From Leptonemataceae bacterium (GTDB lineage Bacteria; Spirochaetota; Leptospiria; Leptospirales; Leptonemataceae): 64,000 nt of DNA. The stretch lies in contig OZ245742.1 in NCBI GenBank assembly GCA_965227295.1, positions 1,216,001 to 1,280,000 of the forward strand, written 5' to 3'. The notes beneath the pieces were generated by a model. It had not been told where the DNA came from. It ran no database searches and saw nothing but the letters and a program-made list of their open reading frames with translations. Of this stretch, positions 9,540 through 19,572 are shown one piece after another. A program made the translations under genes and the position numbers. Numbering within the stretch: position 1 is the first letter of the stretch; the number at the start of each line of letters is the position of its first letter.

Positions 9540-11447
9540 ATGGACCCCGATCTCCTGCGCGAACAACTGGAACTCCTCGGCGCGTCGGAGTTGCTGGATG
9601 AATTCAATGCGGCCCTGACTCAAGACGGCACGGTATCCGCAGCTCCGTCGAAGTCCGGACCGCCGACGTTGATATGGGACGGGCGTTACCTGCATTCCCG
9701 TCACGATCCCGTTAAAGAAGCGCGTCGCAACATTGACGAGGTGGAACTGGACAACGACACGCAGCTCGTGCTTTTTTTCGGAGCCGGCCTCGGCTACTCC
9801 GTGCTGAACTTCTGCGAACGTTACGCGAATCCCCTGGTCTGGTTCGAGCCGCATGCATCGGTGGCGGCGCACGCTCTGGGCTCCGCGGATGTGCGCGACT
9901 TGATTCGCTCCAGGCGGCTTTCGTTCGTTACGGGCATGCCTGAGGACGATCTTTTAACTCAGATTTTCCAGGGACGGGGGAACCGCGACATTGTCTTTGT
10001 GATGCATCGGGCATCGTTCCAACTGGATGACGCATATCGACAACTGCGCGAGAGCGCGGAAAACTTTCTGAATAAGAAAGATGTAAACCTGGCGACGCTC
10101 AGTCGTTTCGATCGCAGTTGGGCGCGAAATCTCGCCGCGAACTTCGTGCATCTGAGTCGCGGGCGGCCGGTGCGGCGCATCTTTGATTTGGCGCGACAGG
10201 CCGACGTGCCCGCCCTGGTCTGTGGCGCCGGGCCTTCTCTGGCAGACGATCTGGATTCCATTCGCGCGTTCCAGGGGAAGGGCGTAATCATTGCCGTGGA
10301 TACCGCGTTGAACGTACTGCTGCACGGCGGGGTGGATCCGGACATCATCGTCACCGTGGATCCACAGGCGGTGAATCGTTTTTATCTGGAAGGTTATTTT
10401 GATTCCAGGCTAACTTCTGATCGCCGCGCATTTGTGCTTGCGGATCCGACTACGAGTTACCTGACGTTGCGCATGATACCGCCGGAGCGTTTATTGTACG
10501 CCTGGACGCCGTTCCCGTTGGCAAAGTTGCTGTTCGATCACCTGCGCGAGGATGTCGGCGAGATTGCCTTCGGCGGGTCGGTCTCGACGAACGCTTATGA
10601 TCTGGCTTTGAAACTGGGCTGTCGGCGTATCTTTCTCACGGGCCAGGACCTATCGTTTACGGGCGGCCAGGCCCATACGAAAGGCGCCGTGCTCGAAGAG
10701 CGGTTGAATCTCAAAGAAGAGCGTACTTTTCGCCGGGAGATGCACAACTATCGTCAGTTTGCGGCGCTGCCCGTGCGCACGCTGCCGGCTCTGCTCGATG
10801 ACGGCGAGCGCGGCGAGGCCCCGGCCAACGATCGGCTGGTGATTTTTTATCGTTGGTTTCAGCGGCGCTTTGCCGCGGACATTTCCGGCGGGCGCGTGGA
10901 CGAGCTGGTGAACGCGACGTCCCGGGGCGCCCTCTTTGACGTGGAGGGACTGAGCCGACGCAGCCTGGGCGACGTGGTGCAAACTTTACCGGATCGTAAG
11001 TTTGACCTGCGCGAGATTTTGCACGATGCGCCGCCCGCCGCCTTCGATGTTGCTGAATTTCAAAAACGCCTGGCCCTGCTCGGCGAGGATTTTTACGGTT
11101 ACGCCGAACTGCTACGCGAGGCCGAGGCGCTTGCGCAGCGCGTCTACGACCTGGCGCGGCGCGGGGACCACGGCGCAGAGTACCGCAAAGGCCTCGAACA
11201 ACTGGACGACCTGGACGAACGCGTCCGATCGTACGGCGACATGGCGGACGTAGCCGGCGGTTCGATCCAGCGCATCATCCTGCGCATTACTGAAAATTTT
11301 CGCAACGACCTGGATGCCGAGGATGCCGCTGATCCGCACCGTGCGGCGGCGAAGCAGTCGCTGTTGTTGTACAGCGGCCTGCGTGAAGCGGCGGAGGATC
11401 ACGGGCGGTGGTTGAGCAAATCGGCGCAAATTCTGCGCGACGGTTGA
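9540..11447 (+). CDS. motility-associated factor (Maf, DUF115-type) glycosyltransferase
   Basis: YLHSRHDPVKEA, FFGAGLGY, GAGPSL, PDIIVTVDP, GGSVST, LTGQDLSF. Confidence 0.85.
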   Translation: MDPDLLREQLELLGASELLDEFNAALTQDGTVSAAPSKSGPPTLIWDGRYLHSRHDPVKEARRNIDEVELDNDTQLVLFFGAGLGYSVLNFCERYANPLVWFEPHASVAAHALGSADVRDLIRSRRLSFVTGMPEDDLLTQIFQGRGNRDIVFVMHRASFQLDDAYRQLRESAENFLNKKDVNLATLSRFDRSWARNLAANFVHLSRGRPVRRIFDLARQADVPALVCGAGPSLADDLDSIRAFQGKGVIIAVDTALNVLLHGGVDPDIIVTVDPQAVNRFYLEGYFDSRLTSDRRAFVLADPTTSYLTLRMIPPERLLYAWTPFPLAKLLFDHLREDVGEIAFGGSVSTNAYDLALKLGCRRIFLTGQDLSFTGGQAHTKGAVLEERLNLKEERTFRREMHNYRQFAALPVRTLPALLDDGERGEAPANDRLVIFYRWFQRRFAADISGGRVDELVNATSRGALFDVEGLSRRSLGDVVQTLPDRKFDLREILHDAPPAAFDVAEFQKRLALLGEDFYGYAELLREAEALAQRVYDLARRGDHGAEYRKGLEQLDDLDERVRSYGDMADVAGGSIQRIILRITENFRNDLDAEDAADPHRAAAKQSLLLYSGLREAAEDHGRWLSKSAQILRDG

Positions 11448-11448
11448 G

Positions 11449-12495
11449 TTACTGCGGCAAGGCGCAGCTAACGATCTCCGGATCAAACACCTGCGACACA
11501 AACAATCGCCCGGCGTACATTAAGGCCGTGGCCGAAGCGTCGATGAGCTTGCCATCGTCAGCGAAAATGCGCTGCGAGCGCCCGGTGAAGGCCTCCACGC
11601 GATACACCTCGGACGGTGAGTGTTTGTTTTCATCCTCGACGTGGTCCAGGAAGGCGAAGATGTCCGGATGCGCCGCGACCAGGAGCCGCGTTTCATCTTC
11701 CCAGATGAGATTGTCCACGCCGCTGCCGATTTCATAAAACGCGGTCTTCGCACCGACGCGTCCCGTAAAGGCGTCGCGCTGGTAGACGTGGATGCCCATG
11801 TCCATGGTGCCGGCAACAAAGAGGCGGTCCTCGGAGGCCTCGACGCCGTTCGCGAAGGAGATATCGGCGGCGGCGACCCGCCAGAGATTTTCGGCGGGAC
11901 TGTAGTGGACCACATTCCCGCAGCCGAAGGCGAAGTAATCGCACAAGGCGCCGCTCAGTCCGGTTTGAAGACGATCGTTGCTGATGTAGAGTGTTCCGTC
12001 CGGCAGAGCGAGCAGATCGTTCGGACTCACGAGCAACGTGCTGCGCAGGCGTCGGAGAAAGACGAGTTCATCGCGCCGCACGCCGTAGACTTCAATGCTG
12101 TGACTCTGTTGTAGCGCGTGATTGATGACGTAGAGGAGCAAGCCCTCGGTGCTCTCGACGAGATCAAAACCGTGCGGATGGAATGGATAGTCGTCGCGGT
12201 TCACAAACGTAAACGCTTCCGGAGTTTCGAACTCACCGTTGCGCGACAGCGGCACGGCGTAAATGGTTCCGGGCTCGAGAAATTCGCCGTTGGGATCGGT
12301 GCGCCGTCGTTCCTGAGATGAAACGATGAGCCGCGGCCGGCGACCGCCGTACGTGACATCGTCCAGGACAAAGTCCTCCGGGCCGGGCACGCCCTGCACC
12401 GTGCGGCAGTCCGGTAGATCGATGGGCTGGAACGTGCTGCAGGCGGTTAAGATCATAGAAAGAAATGTTAGTGTAGTGAGGCTGATGTGCTTCAT
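11449..12495 (-). CDS. paraoxonase/arylesterase-like six-bladed lactonase, lipoprotein
   Basis: lipobox ILTAC; GPED, HPHG, VINH, SPND, ANG, VDN, AHP. Confidence 0.85.
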   Translation of the reverse strand: MKHISLTTLTFLSMILTACSTFQPIDLPDCRTVQGVPGPEDFVLDDVTYGGRRPRLIVSSQERRRTDPNGEFLEPGTIYAVPLSRNGEFETPEAFTFVNRDDYPFHPHGFDLVESTEGLLLYVINHALQQSHSIEVYGVRRDELVFLRRLRSTLLVSPNDLLALPDGTLYISNDRLQTGLSGALCDYFAFGCGNVVHYSPAENLWRVAAADISFANGVEASEDRLFVAGTMDMGIHVYQRDAFTGRVGAKTAFYEIGSGVDNLIWEDETRLLVAAHPDIFAFLDHVEDENKHSPSEVYRVEAFTGRSQRIFADDGKLIDASATALMYAGRLFVSQVFDPEIVSCALPQ

Positions 12496-12512
12496 GTTGT
12501 AGTGCTGTACGA

Positions 12513-13475
12513 TCAGGCGGTGCCGTTGCGCGCCTGAAGCCACGCCTGGTCCGGCACGGCGGTGAGTTTCCAGTGGGGATTACCGGACTTCGAGGGCGAC
12601 GGTTCGTACTCAAAGGCGTTGTAGTACGATGCCCAGAAATCGGCCAGGCGCTCTTCGAGAACGGGGCTTTGCCGGCCCTGCTCAATTACCTGGAGACTGA
12701 GATCCATTTGATCGGCGAGCTCGTCAATGATCTCGTGATGCGGGTAAACCAGGTTTACACAAACCGTGCCGTAGTCCACGGCAAAGGGGCGGAATACCCG
12801 GGGGGCCTTCCATTCGGCACCGAAGCCCATCTGCTCGGTAATGATGGTTTCCGCCTCGGAGAAATCGGCCTCGTCGAACATGGCGGTGGTGTGATACAAT
12901 CGGCTGGTTTCCTGGATGCCGTGGCTTTCGCCGGCGCTTTTCGTGGCCTGCTTGAGGATCGTGTTCATGACCGGCCGCGCGGAGAAGTCGCAGATCTTTC
13001 CCTGTTTGCGTTCGATGTTTTGCACCGGCAACAACCGGGCCTGAAAGTAAATGCGATCCGTACGAATCGAAGGCGAAAATCCCGGGCGATCTTTCTCAAC
13101 GTACTCGTGGGCCTCGGCGCCGCCGAAGTACTTCGCCGCAACGCGCAGAATGTAAAGATACGTTCCGTTTTTGGTATCGATGCTGCGTACACAGTGCAAC
13201 TGCGTCGGATCTTTGCGCGGCCGGGCCTCCGGCAGAACATCGCAGCCCGCTGTGAACGCCGGAACCAAATCTTTCAAAACTTCCGCGACATGCTGCGCCT
13301 GGGAAAATTCCAGGCCGTAGACGTTGATGCCGGGCAACGTGAACTCCCGCGCGAACTGAACGTACGGATGCCGAAAGGTATCGATCTTCAGCGTGAGCGT
13401 GTCGTCCACGCCGGGTGATGCCGATGTGTCGTACTCGAAGAGTTTGGCCACCCGGGCGGCTTCGGCGATTTCCAT
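12513..13475 (-). CDS. hypothetical cytoplasmic protein
   Basis: 320-aa ORF; promoter-like TTGCCA-17-TACGCT just upstream on - strand. Confidence 0.75.
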   Translation of the reverse strand: MEIAEAARVAKLFEYDTSASPGVDDTLTLKIDTFRHPYVQFAREFTLPGINVYGLEFSQAQHVAEVLKDLVPAFTAGCDVLPEARPRKDPTQLHCVRSIDTKNGTYLYILRVAAKYFGGAEAHEYVEKDRPGFSPSIRTDRIYFQARLLPVQNIERKQGKICDFSARPVMNTILKQATKSAGESHGIQETSRLYHTTAMFDEADFSEAETIITEQMGFGAEWKAPRVFRPFAVDYGTVCVNLVYPHHEIIDELADQMDLSLQVIEQGRQSPVLEERLADFWASYYNAFEYEPSPSKSGNPHWKLTAVPDQAWLQARNGTA

Positions 13476-13519
13476 AGGCGCTGTAGCGTACCCTCGCGGC
13501 CTGTTCCTGGCAATCGATT

Positions 13520-13981
13520 TTACTCGCCGCGATACACAGACGGGCCGTCGCTGCCGCCGTTCGTTTGTGCGGACAGGAGGCGTTGTAGCGATTTCAGCGT
13601 GCGACGTTGATCCAGCAGAACAAAGATCAGGAATGCCGTAAAGAGACCGGCCGTGATGATGAGTACTGCCAGCAAAGCCTGGAGCCGTTCCTGGGCCTGG
13701 GCGTCGGCGCGCAGGGTTTCCAGGTGTTCGATGACGTAAGCGGCGCGGCGGATGTCCGGATTCCGGTTTTCGGTGACGTTGAGCACCGTGGAGAGCAGGT
13801 TCTTCGCTTCTTCGGCGTTCAGCGTGGCGATGTAGTCCTTTGCGGCGTCGCCGTCCATGGCGAGCACCTTCCGGGCTTCTTCCAGGGCGGCCTCGCGGGC
13901 GTCGGTGTTCTGGGCCAGGATCGGCAGCGCGAGCGTGGCCTGCAAGATTACAATGACTAACAGTTTGTAGAAGTAATTCAC
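13520..13981 (-). CDS. membrane protein, possible extended CcmD
   Basis: 8 bp downstream of ccmC; signal peptide, helical domain, C-terminal TM followed by DQRRTLKSLQRLL. Confidence 0.6.
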   Translation of the reverse strand: MNYFYKLLVIVILQATLALPILAQNTDAREAALEEARKVLAMDGDAAKDYIATLNAEEAKNLLSTVLNVTENRNPDIRRAAYVIEHLETLRADAQAQERLQALLAVLIITAGLFTAFLIFVLLDQRRTLKSLQRLLSAQTNGGSDGPSVYRGE

Positions 13982-13989
13982 GATATGCC

Positions 13990-14694
13990 TCAGTTGCGTT
14001 CCGCCTGCGCGCGCAGGAGCACTCTCTTAAAATATTCCTGGCGGACCGAGAGGCGCAGCAACACCCAGAAGAAAAAGTGATATCCCAGGACCGAGAGCCA
14101 GAATGTGGTCCGGATTTTCGGGGACATGGTGCCCAATACGGACGGCGGATGCAGGTCCGGCTTTGTAACGCGGATGGCGTACCAGGTAAGCACCGCTGCG
14201 ACGGAAGCCAGGATGGCCATGACCGCGCCGAAGGACGCCTGCTTACGGGGATCGTCCGTGAACCAGCGGACCAGGAAGTATCCGGCCAGCGTCAGGAGCA
14301 ATACGAAGAAGCTCATGAGCCGTTCATCGGTCCAGCGCCAGTAGGTTCCCCATTCGACCTGGCCCCACAGCATACCCGACGGCAGTACTCCCAGGGCGAA
14401 CAGGAATCCCAAACGTGCGTTCGCGAGAGACCAGACGTCGTAGCGTTCGTTGCGCGTGAAAAGATATAACAGGCCCGTTACCGCGGAGAAGAGCGGCGCG
14501 TACAACGCGACCCAGGCGATGGGCACGTGGATGTACATGATGCGCTGGGCCTGGCCCTGTGAGACGAGCGTCGGCGGATAGGTGAGTGCCAGTACGGTAA
14601 TCGGCAGGATCACCAACGCGAAGAGCAGGAACAGAACCTCGCGGGAGATTCCGGTGCCGAGTTTCGCGATTACGTTTTCGATGGTTCGTTGCAT
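13990..14694 (-). CDS. ccmC: heme exporter protein C (cytochrome c maturation system I)
   Basis: IMYIHVPIAW, WGQVEWGTYWRWTDERL (WWD motif), conserved His in LHP. Confidence 0.9.
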   Translation of the reverse strand: MQRTIENVIAKLGTGISREVLFLLFALVILPITVLALTYPPTLVSQGQAQRIMYIHVPIAWVALYAPLFSAVTGLLYLFTRNERYDVWSLANARLGFLFALGVLPSGMLWGQVEWGTYWRWTDERLMSFFVLLLTLAGYFLVRWFTDDPRKQASFGAVMAILASVAAVLTWYAIRVTKPDLHPPSVLGTMSPKIRTTFWLSVLGYHFFFWVLLRLSVRQEYFKRVLLRAQAERN

Positions 14695-14697
14695 CGG

Positions 14698-15417
14698 TTA
14701 TTCGTCCGCCGCCATGACGTAGTACAGGAGCGAACCGAGACCACAGTAGAGTCCGGCCGGCGCAAGTAAAGTAAGGATTGCGGGGATCGTCAGCATTGCG
14801 CCCTGGCCGCCGTCGCGGGCATCGGCCAGAAAGGCCGTGGTGAGGATGAACACGGGCAACGACGCCGGCAAGAGGAGCAACGGGAACAGGATTTCCTTCA
14901 TGCGACTGCCGCGAGAGATGTACGCCAGCATCACGCCCAGGGCCGCCAGCGAGAGAGACGCCAGGCCGAGTCCAGTGAAGGGCAGCCAGTAGTCGGCGAA
15001 GCGATCGGAAAAGCGGCCGGTCAGAAGCAACTGGTAGGCCGGAATGTAGATCATGAGAAAGAGCAACTGAAATTGCCAGATGGCCAGGACCTTGCCCAGG
15101 TAGTAACCGGAGGGATCGGCCGGATGCATGAGCGCCGCGCGCAGGGCCCCCGCCTCGGTTTCCGTGTGAATGTTGCGGCCGGAGCCGATGGTGGCCGCGA
15201 AAAAAAGCGTGGCGAGCATGACGCCGTGCAGGTTGCCCAAATCGCGGAAGACCGAGTCGTCCATGGCGTAGTGATACAGGGCGGCCAGGGTCAGCGCGAA
15301 CAGCAGCATGGCCGTGAGTCCGGCCGGGCTGCGGAATTCCAGCGCCGTGTCCTTCCAGTAAATGCGCGCCAGGGTGCGAAAAAAACCCGGCGATGGCGAT
15401 GCCGTAGGATCCTGCAT
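14698..15417 (-). CDS. ccmB: heme exporter protein B
   Basis: WKDTALEFRS, ETEAGAL, YYLGK, EILFPLLLLPASLPV; adjacent to ccmC. Confidence 0.88.
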   Translation of the reverse strand: MQDPTASPSPGFFRTLARIYWKDTALEFRSPAGLTAMLLFALTLAALYHYAMDDSVFRDLGNLHGVMLATLFFAATIGSGRNIHTETEAGALRAALMHPADPSGYYLGKVLAIWQFQLLFLMIYIPAYQLLLTGRFSDRFADYWLPFTGLGLASLSLAALGVMLAYISRGSRMKEILFPLLLLPASLPVFILTTAFLADARDGGQGAMLTIPAILTLLAPAGLYCGLGSLLYYVMAADE

Positions 15418-15532
15418 GATTGCGGCAACAGCTCGATGCGTTCCCATCTGGCTGACAAGAAAGATTGGAGCGAGCGCGTGCGACGCCGAAAAAGGCTCGC
15501 CATTCGGGGAATCGATGAATTCTGGCGCCATA

Positions 15533-17305
15533 ATGGCGGCCAAAAAAGCATCCAGAAAAAACGCGAAGGCAGCGGACAACGAGGCCGAAAAGAAGTCGCT
15601 GAGTCTCGGCGAAGGTGAGCCCGGCGAGGCCATGGATCTCATGCGGCGGCAGTTCGGCTTGATTGCCGGCTACGTGCACGAACTGTTCACGCGTCTGCCG
15701 GACTCGCTGAAGGTCAAACGCGCCGACGCCCGGGTGATGTATCACAGCATCGATGAGGGTGCGCGTCTGAAGTCGCTCGCGTACTGGTTGTTTATCGTTT
15801 CCTCGTGCGGCATCGCGACGCTGGGTTTGATCATCAACTCGCCGGCGGTCATCATCGGCGCCATGCTCGTGTCCCCGCTCATGTCGCCGATCATGGGCCT
15901 GGGCATGGGCATCGCCGTGAACGATACCTACCTGGGCGTGAAATCCTTCGCGAACGTTACGATCTCCGTTGTGGCGTCCGTGGTTACGGCGGCGCTGATT
16001 ACCGCCGTTGTTCCGTTGCACGAACTTACGCCGGAAATTCGCGGACGCATGAATCCCACTGTGCTCGACCTGGGCGTGGCGATTCTCTCCGGCGTTGTGG
16101 CGGCGCTGAGTTCGATTCGTTCCGGCGGCGACGAGGTGTTGAAGTCGGTGGCGCCGGGGGCGGCCATCGCCGTCGCGTTGATGCCGCCGCTCTGTGTTGT
16201 GGGCTTCGGTCTCGGCATCGGCTTTCGTTTTGACATCATGTGGGGCGCGTTCCTGTTGTTCACGACGAACTTGATCGCTATTACGTTCGTGTGTTCGGTC
16301 TTTTATTATTTCATCCTCGTGGAGTACTCGCCGACGCGGCTGATCAAGTCCGTACAGCAAGTGCGCACCAAAGAAGAAGTTCTGTTCACGAATCGTTACC
16401 TGGAGCGTTTCTGGGAGAACATCGGCGAAGAGATGCGTTCGGGAAAACGTTTCTGGTTTCCGCTGCTGCTCGTCGCCCTCATCGGCTATCCGCTTACGGA
16501 TTCATTCATACTTTTGTTCCGCCAGAATCAGTTGCGGACCCTCATAACGCAGGAGCTACAGAATGCGAACGTCGAAGGCCTGCAGTTCATTCGCGGTCCG
16601 GACGCCCTCGACTACAGCCGCGGCCGCGTGAGCGGGACCATCCTGTATTCTTCCAAACATTCGCCGGGACCGACGTTGGAAGCCGAGGTGGAGAAGTCCG
16701 TCCTTGAACGCTACCCCTGGTACGAGGCCGACCTGACGCTCATCCGCGTGGCCGGAGATGCGGATCTTTCCGAGCTGCGCCACCAGGAAGATCGAAACCT
16801 CAAGGCAGACGCGGAGCGCCAGGCGGCGGCGGCGAGCCTGGTGCGCCGGGCGTTGGCTCTCACGGTGCCGGAGCTTCCGGTGGAACTGGGCGTGGTGAGC
16901 GAAGTCCGGCTGTTGTTCTCGTCCTCGCGTCTGGACACGCTGGAAGTCCATTATCTGGGCGAACCGCTACAGACCCAGACCCGGCAGGCTTTGAGCACTG
17001 TTTTCAAGAACAAGATGCAGAGCATTCGCGGAGATGTCCGGGAGGTGCGCTTCATTCGTGAGGGAGAGCAGTCCGGTCGGCATGAATGTCGCGGGGTGAC
17101 CGAGTCCGCGCTGAAGCGGGCGAAGGAACGGCTCGGCGGGCTCTTTGAGCCGTTGCGGGAAAACCCGTTTTTGAAATTAGAGCTGGATCTCGCCGTGGAC
17201 CTGGAGCCGCCCCTGGAAGGCCTGAGCGAAAAACAGCGCGAATCGTTGAAGATCAGTCGGGATGCCAGCCCGCGCTGTCTCGTAGAGTATCGCTACACGC
17301 GTTGA
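15533..17305 (+). CDS. DUF389 membrane protein with long C-terminal extension
   Basis: IATLGLIINSPAVIIGAMLVSPLMSPI, PGAAIAVALMPPL. Confidence 0.88.
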   Translation: MAAKKASRKNAKAADNEAEKKSLSLGEGEPGEAMDLMRRQFGLIAGYVHELFTRLPDSLKVKRADARVMYHSIDEGARLKSLAYWLFIVSSCGIATLGLIINSPAVIIGAMLVSPLMSPIMGLGMGIAVNDTYLGVKSFANVTISVVASVVTAALITAVVPLHELTPEIRGRMNPTVLDLGVAILSGVVAALSSIRSGGDEVLKSVAPGAAIAVALMPPLCVVGFGLGIGFRFDIMWGAFLLFTTNLIAITFVCSVFYYFILVEYSPTRLIKSVQQVRTKEEVLFTNRYLERFWENIGEEMRSGKRFWFPLLLVALIGYPLTDSFILLFRQNQLRTLITQELQNANVEGLQFIRGPDALDYSRGRVSGTILYSSKHSPGPTLEAEVEKSVLERYPWYEADLTLIRVAGDADLSELRHQEDRNLKADAERQAAAASLVRRALALTVPELPVELGVVSEVRLLFSSSRLDTLEVHYLGEPLQTQTRQALSTVFKNKMQSIRGDVREVRFIREGEQSGRHECRGVTESALKRAKERLGGLFEPLRENPFLKLELDLAVDLEPPLEGLSEKQRESLKISRDASPRCLVEYRYTR

Positions 17306-17378
17306 TCCGTGTTAAGTTTCGGTTAACATCGCGCCGGGAAAGTACTTCCACTAATTTCATGAACATGATAATCTGCCG

Positions 17379-18125
17379 GTGCGCATGGGTGAACCGGAAG
17401 AGAAGTACAAAGACGTAAAGGACCGCGAAGCGATTCTGGCGGGCGTGGAGTCAGGGCAGCGTGTGGTGTTCGTTGCGTATACTCTGACGGACGTCATGGA
17501 GCGTCAGTTGGACTTCGTCATTGCTCTGCTCTTGAAGAAGTACGGCCACCCGGAGTTGCAGAGCACTATTTATAGTTGCCTCAAGGAAATCGTCATCAAC
17601 GCCACGAAGGCGAACGCGAAGCACGTTTACTTCCAGGATCAGGGACTGAGCATCGACGATCCGCAAGAGTATCGTCGCGGGGTCGACGAAATGAAAGCGA
17701 AGATGTCCGAGGCCTGGATCGAGAAGTACGGGACAAAAGCCCGGGAGGCCGGGCTGCAGGTATCCATTGAGTTCGACCACGCTCCGGAAGGTCTGCGCAT
17801 TTGGGTGTTCAACGATACCGATCTCATCCCCACCGATGAAAAGCGCATTCGTGAGAAGCTGGCCGAGGGCATGACCTACGAGGATCTATTGTCCTTCTAC
17901 ATGGCCAACGGCGATCAGGCCGAGGGGGAAGGCCTGGGGCTCGTCATGAACCTGCTCCTCCTCAAGGGCGAAAACATCAACCCCGCGCTCTTCCGTCTGG
18001 GTTACATCGACGGCAAGACCATGGCGCGCATCGAGATTCCCTTCTCGGACGACTTCGTAAGTATTCGCGGCGAAAATCCCGAGGGCTTTCGTGATCGCGA
18101 CGCCGTGCGTATGGTCTTTGATTGA
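17379..18125 (+). CDS. stand-alone HATPase-like protein, paralogue of N-terminal half of 7235-8743
   Basis: LKEIVINATKANAKHVYF, EGEGLGLVMNLLLL. Confidence 0.8.
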   Translation: MRMGEPEEKYKDVKDREAILAGVESGQRVVFVAYTLTDVMERQLDFVIALLLKKYGHPELQSTIYSCLKEIVINATKANAKHVYFQDQGLSIDDPQEYRRGVDEMKAKMSEAWIEKYGTKAREAGLQVSIEFDHAPEGLRIWVFNDTDLIPTDEKRIREKLAEGMTYEDLLSFYMANGDQAEGEGLGLVMNLLLLKGENINPALFRLGYIDGKTMARIEIPFSDDFVSIRGENPEGFRDRDAVRMVFD

Positions 18126-18155
18126 CCGTCACGCTTCCACCGGCTTCGCTGAGTC

Positions 18156-18644
18156 ATGAAGCCCCTCCTGATTCTGCGCATCATCCATCTCGCCCTCACC
18201 GCCGGTGCCGCGCTGGGCACGGCCGTCTTTTATTTTCTGCGTACGCAGGGAATCAATCCTGAGACGGGTACGCAGGATGCCGTGGGGCCTGAGTTCGGTT
18301 TTCTCGGCGCCGGGGCGGTCCTGGCGGGGGTCCTCGCGAGCATTGTGATGCCGCGGATTATTTCGAAGTCCGCGCTGGAAGCTTTTCGGCAGAGCGACGA
18401 CATCATCGATCATCCCGAGGTGACCTTCCGAATCTACCAGAACATGAAGATCATTCAGTGGGCCATGATCGAAGGGGCGGCGATGCTTGCTGCGGTGATG
18501 TACTTTTTGTCCGGCAACGGAATCGCGATTCTGGCGGCGGCCCTGGCCGTGGCGTATTTGGGCTGGCAGCGGTCGTCGCTGGAAGACTTGAAGCGACGCC
18601 TGGGACTGAGTGATACGCAGTTGCAATCACTCGGTGAAGAGTAA
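18156..18644 (+). CDS. hypothetical membrane protein (about 4 TM)
   Basis: hydrophobic segments; IIQWAMIEGAAM. Confidence 0.75.
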   Translation: MKPLLILRIIHLALTAGAALGTAVFYFLRTQGINPETGTQDAVGPEFGFLGAGAVLAGVLASIVMPRIISKSALEAFRQSDDIIDHPEVTFRIYQNMKIIQWAMIEGAAMLAAVMYFLSGNGIAILAAALAVAYLGWQRSSLEDLKRRLGLSDTQLQSLGEE

Positions 18645-18673
18645 GATGGGACAACAGGCCCGTACTTCTACAG

Positions 18674-19375
18674 TCATGCAACCAGGTTGATGAGCACGGT
18701 CTTCAGGATTTCGCGGTCTTCTTCCTGAGGGGCGACACGCCAGCTGATGCCCGCCGGAGTGGCCACGAGGGAGCGGCCACTGAGAGCCGTGCCGAAGATG
18801 TGCCCGGCCCCGGAACAACGAGCAATGTACATGCCGCGGTCGCCGGCCAGGTCCAGCAGAGGCTGGTCGTCCCTGCTTTCGTCGTAGGATTCGCGGGTAT
18901 CGAGAATGAAGACGAGTTTCACATCCTGATCGGCCAGTTCTTCGAGATTTTTCTTCGTGGCGTCGCCGCCGGCCAGGACGCCGAAGCGAAAACCGCCCAG
19001 AATAAAAATCCCGGCCCCGTCGCCGGCCTTGAGGTAACGTTTTTCGTTTCCGGAGAGTTCGCGCTTGTCATACCAGTCGACGATCTTACCCTCGGAAATA
19101 ATCGGGACCGACGCGAACTGACCTTCATCGCCCTTTCGAATCATGGAGCCGCCGAGGATGATGCCTTTGTAAGCATCGTTCAATTTCAGGAGCCAATCCT
19201 GGGCGTAGGTGCTCTTGTCGACGAGGGCGCTGTGGTCTTTCACCGCCGGATCCGCGAAAAAATACTCCGGCAGCAGGAGAAAGTCCGATTTCAACGAAGC
19301 GATTTTCTTGAGCGTGGAAAGATTCAAACCGTCGTCTAGCGTCTTCTGGTAAATGCTGACTTTGACGATACCCAT
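18674..19375 (-). CDS. carbon-nitrogen hydrolase-fold protein lacking catalytic Cys
   Basis: LLLPEYF, WYDKREL, but FGVLAGGD in place of GxxICYD. Confidence 0.8.
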   Translation of the reverse strand: MGIVKVSIYQKTLDDGLNLSTLKKIASLKSDFLLLPEYFFADPAVKDHSALVDKSTYAQDWLLKLNDAYKGIILGGSMIRKGDEGQFASVPIISEGKIVDWYDKRELSGNEKRYLKAGDGAGIFILGGFRFGVLAGGDATKKNLEELADQDVKLVFILDTRESYDESRDDQPLLDLAGDRGMYIARCSGAGHIFGTALSGRSLVATPAGISWRVAPQEEDREILKTVLINLVA

Positions 19376-19572
19376 GAACGAAGCTCCGGTCCCTTCCTGG
19401 TCGCCGGTGTCAGCCCTCGCGTCAATCGATTTTGATGAGCAGGGAGACGGGCTTCCGGGGCGATGCGGTGTATACCGCCAGGGTCTTGTCCCCTGAATGT
19501 TTTACTTGCGCCTCAGAATATCCGCGAAAAGCATGGGACAGGTCCGAATCCAGCGGCCGCGTATCAATCCGA

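Noticed and set aside
17310-17328. TGTTAA-N7-TTAACA inverted repeat upstream of the HATPase-like gene
   Set aside because: Only 6-bp arms, single occurrence, no cognate regulator; too weak to call
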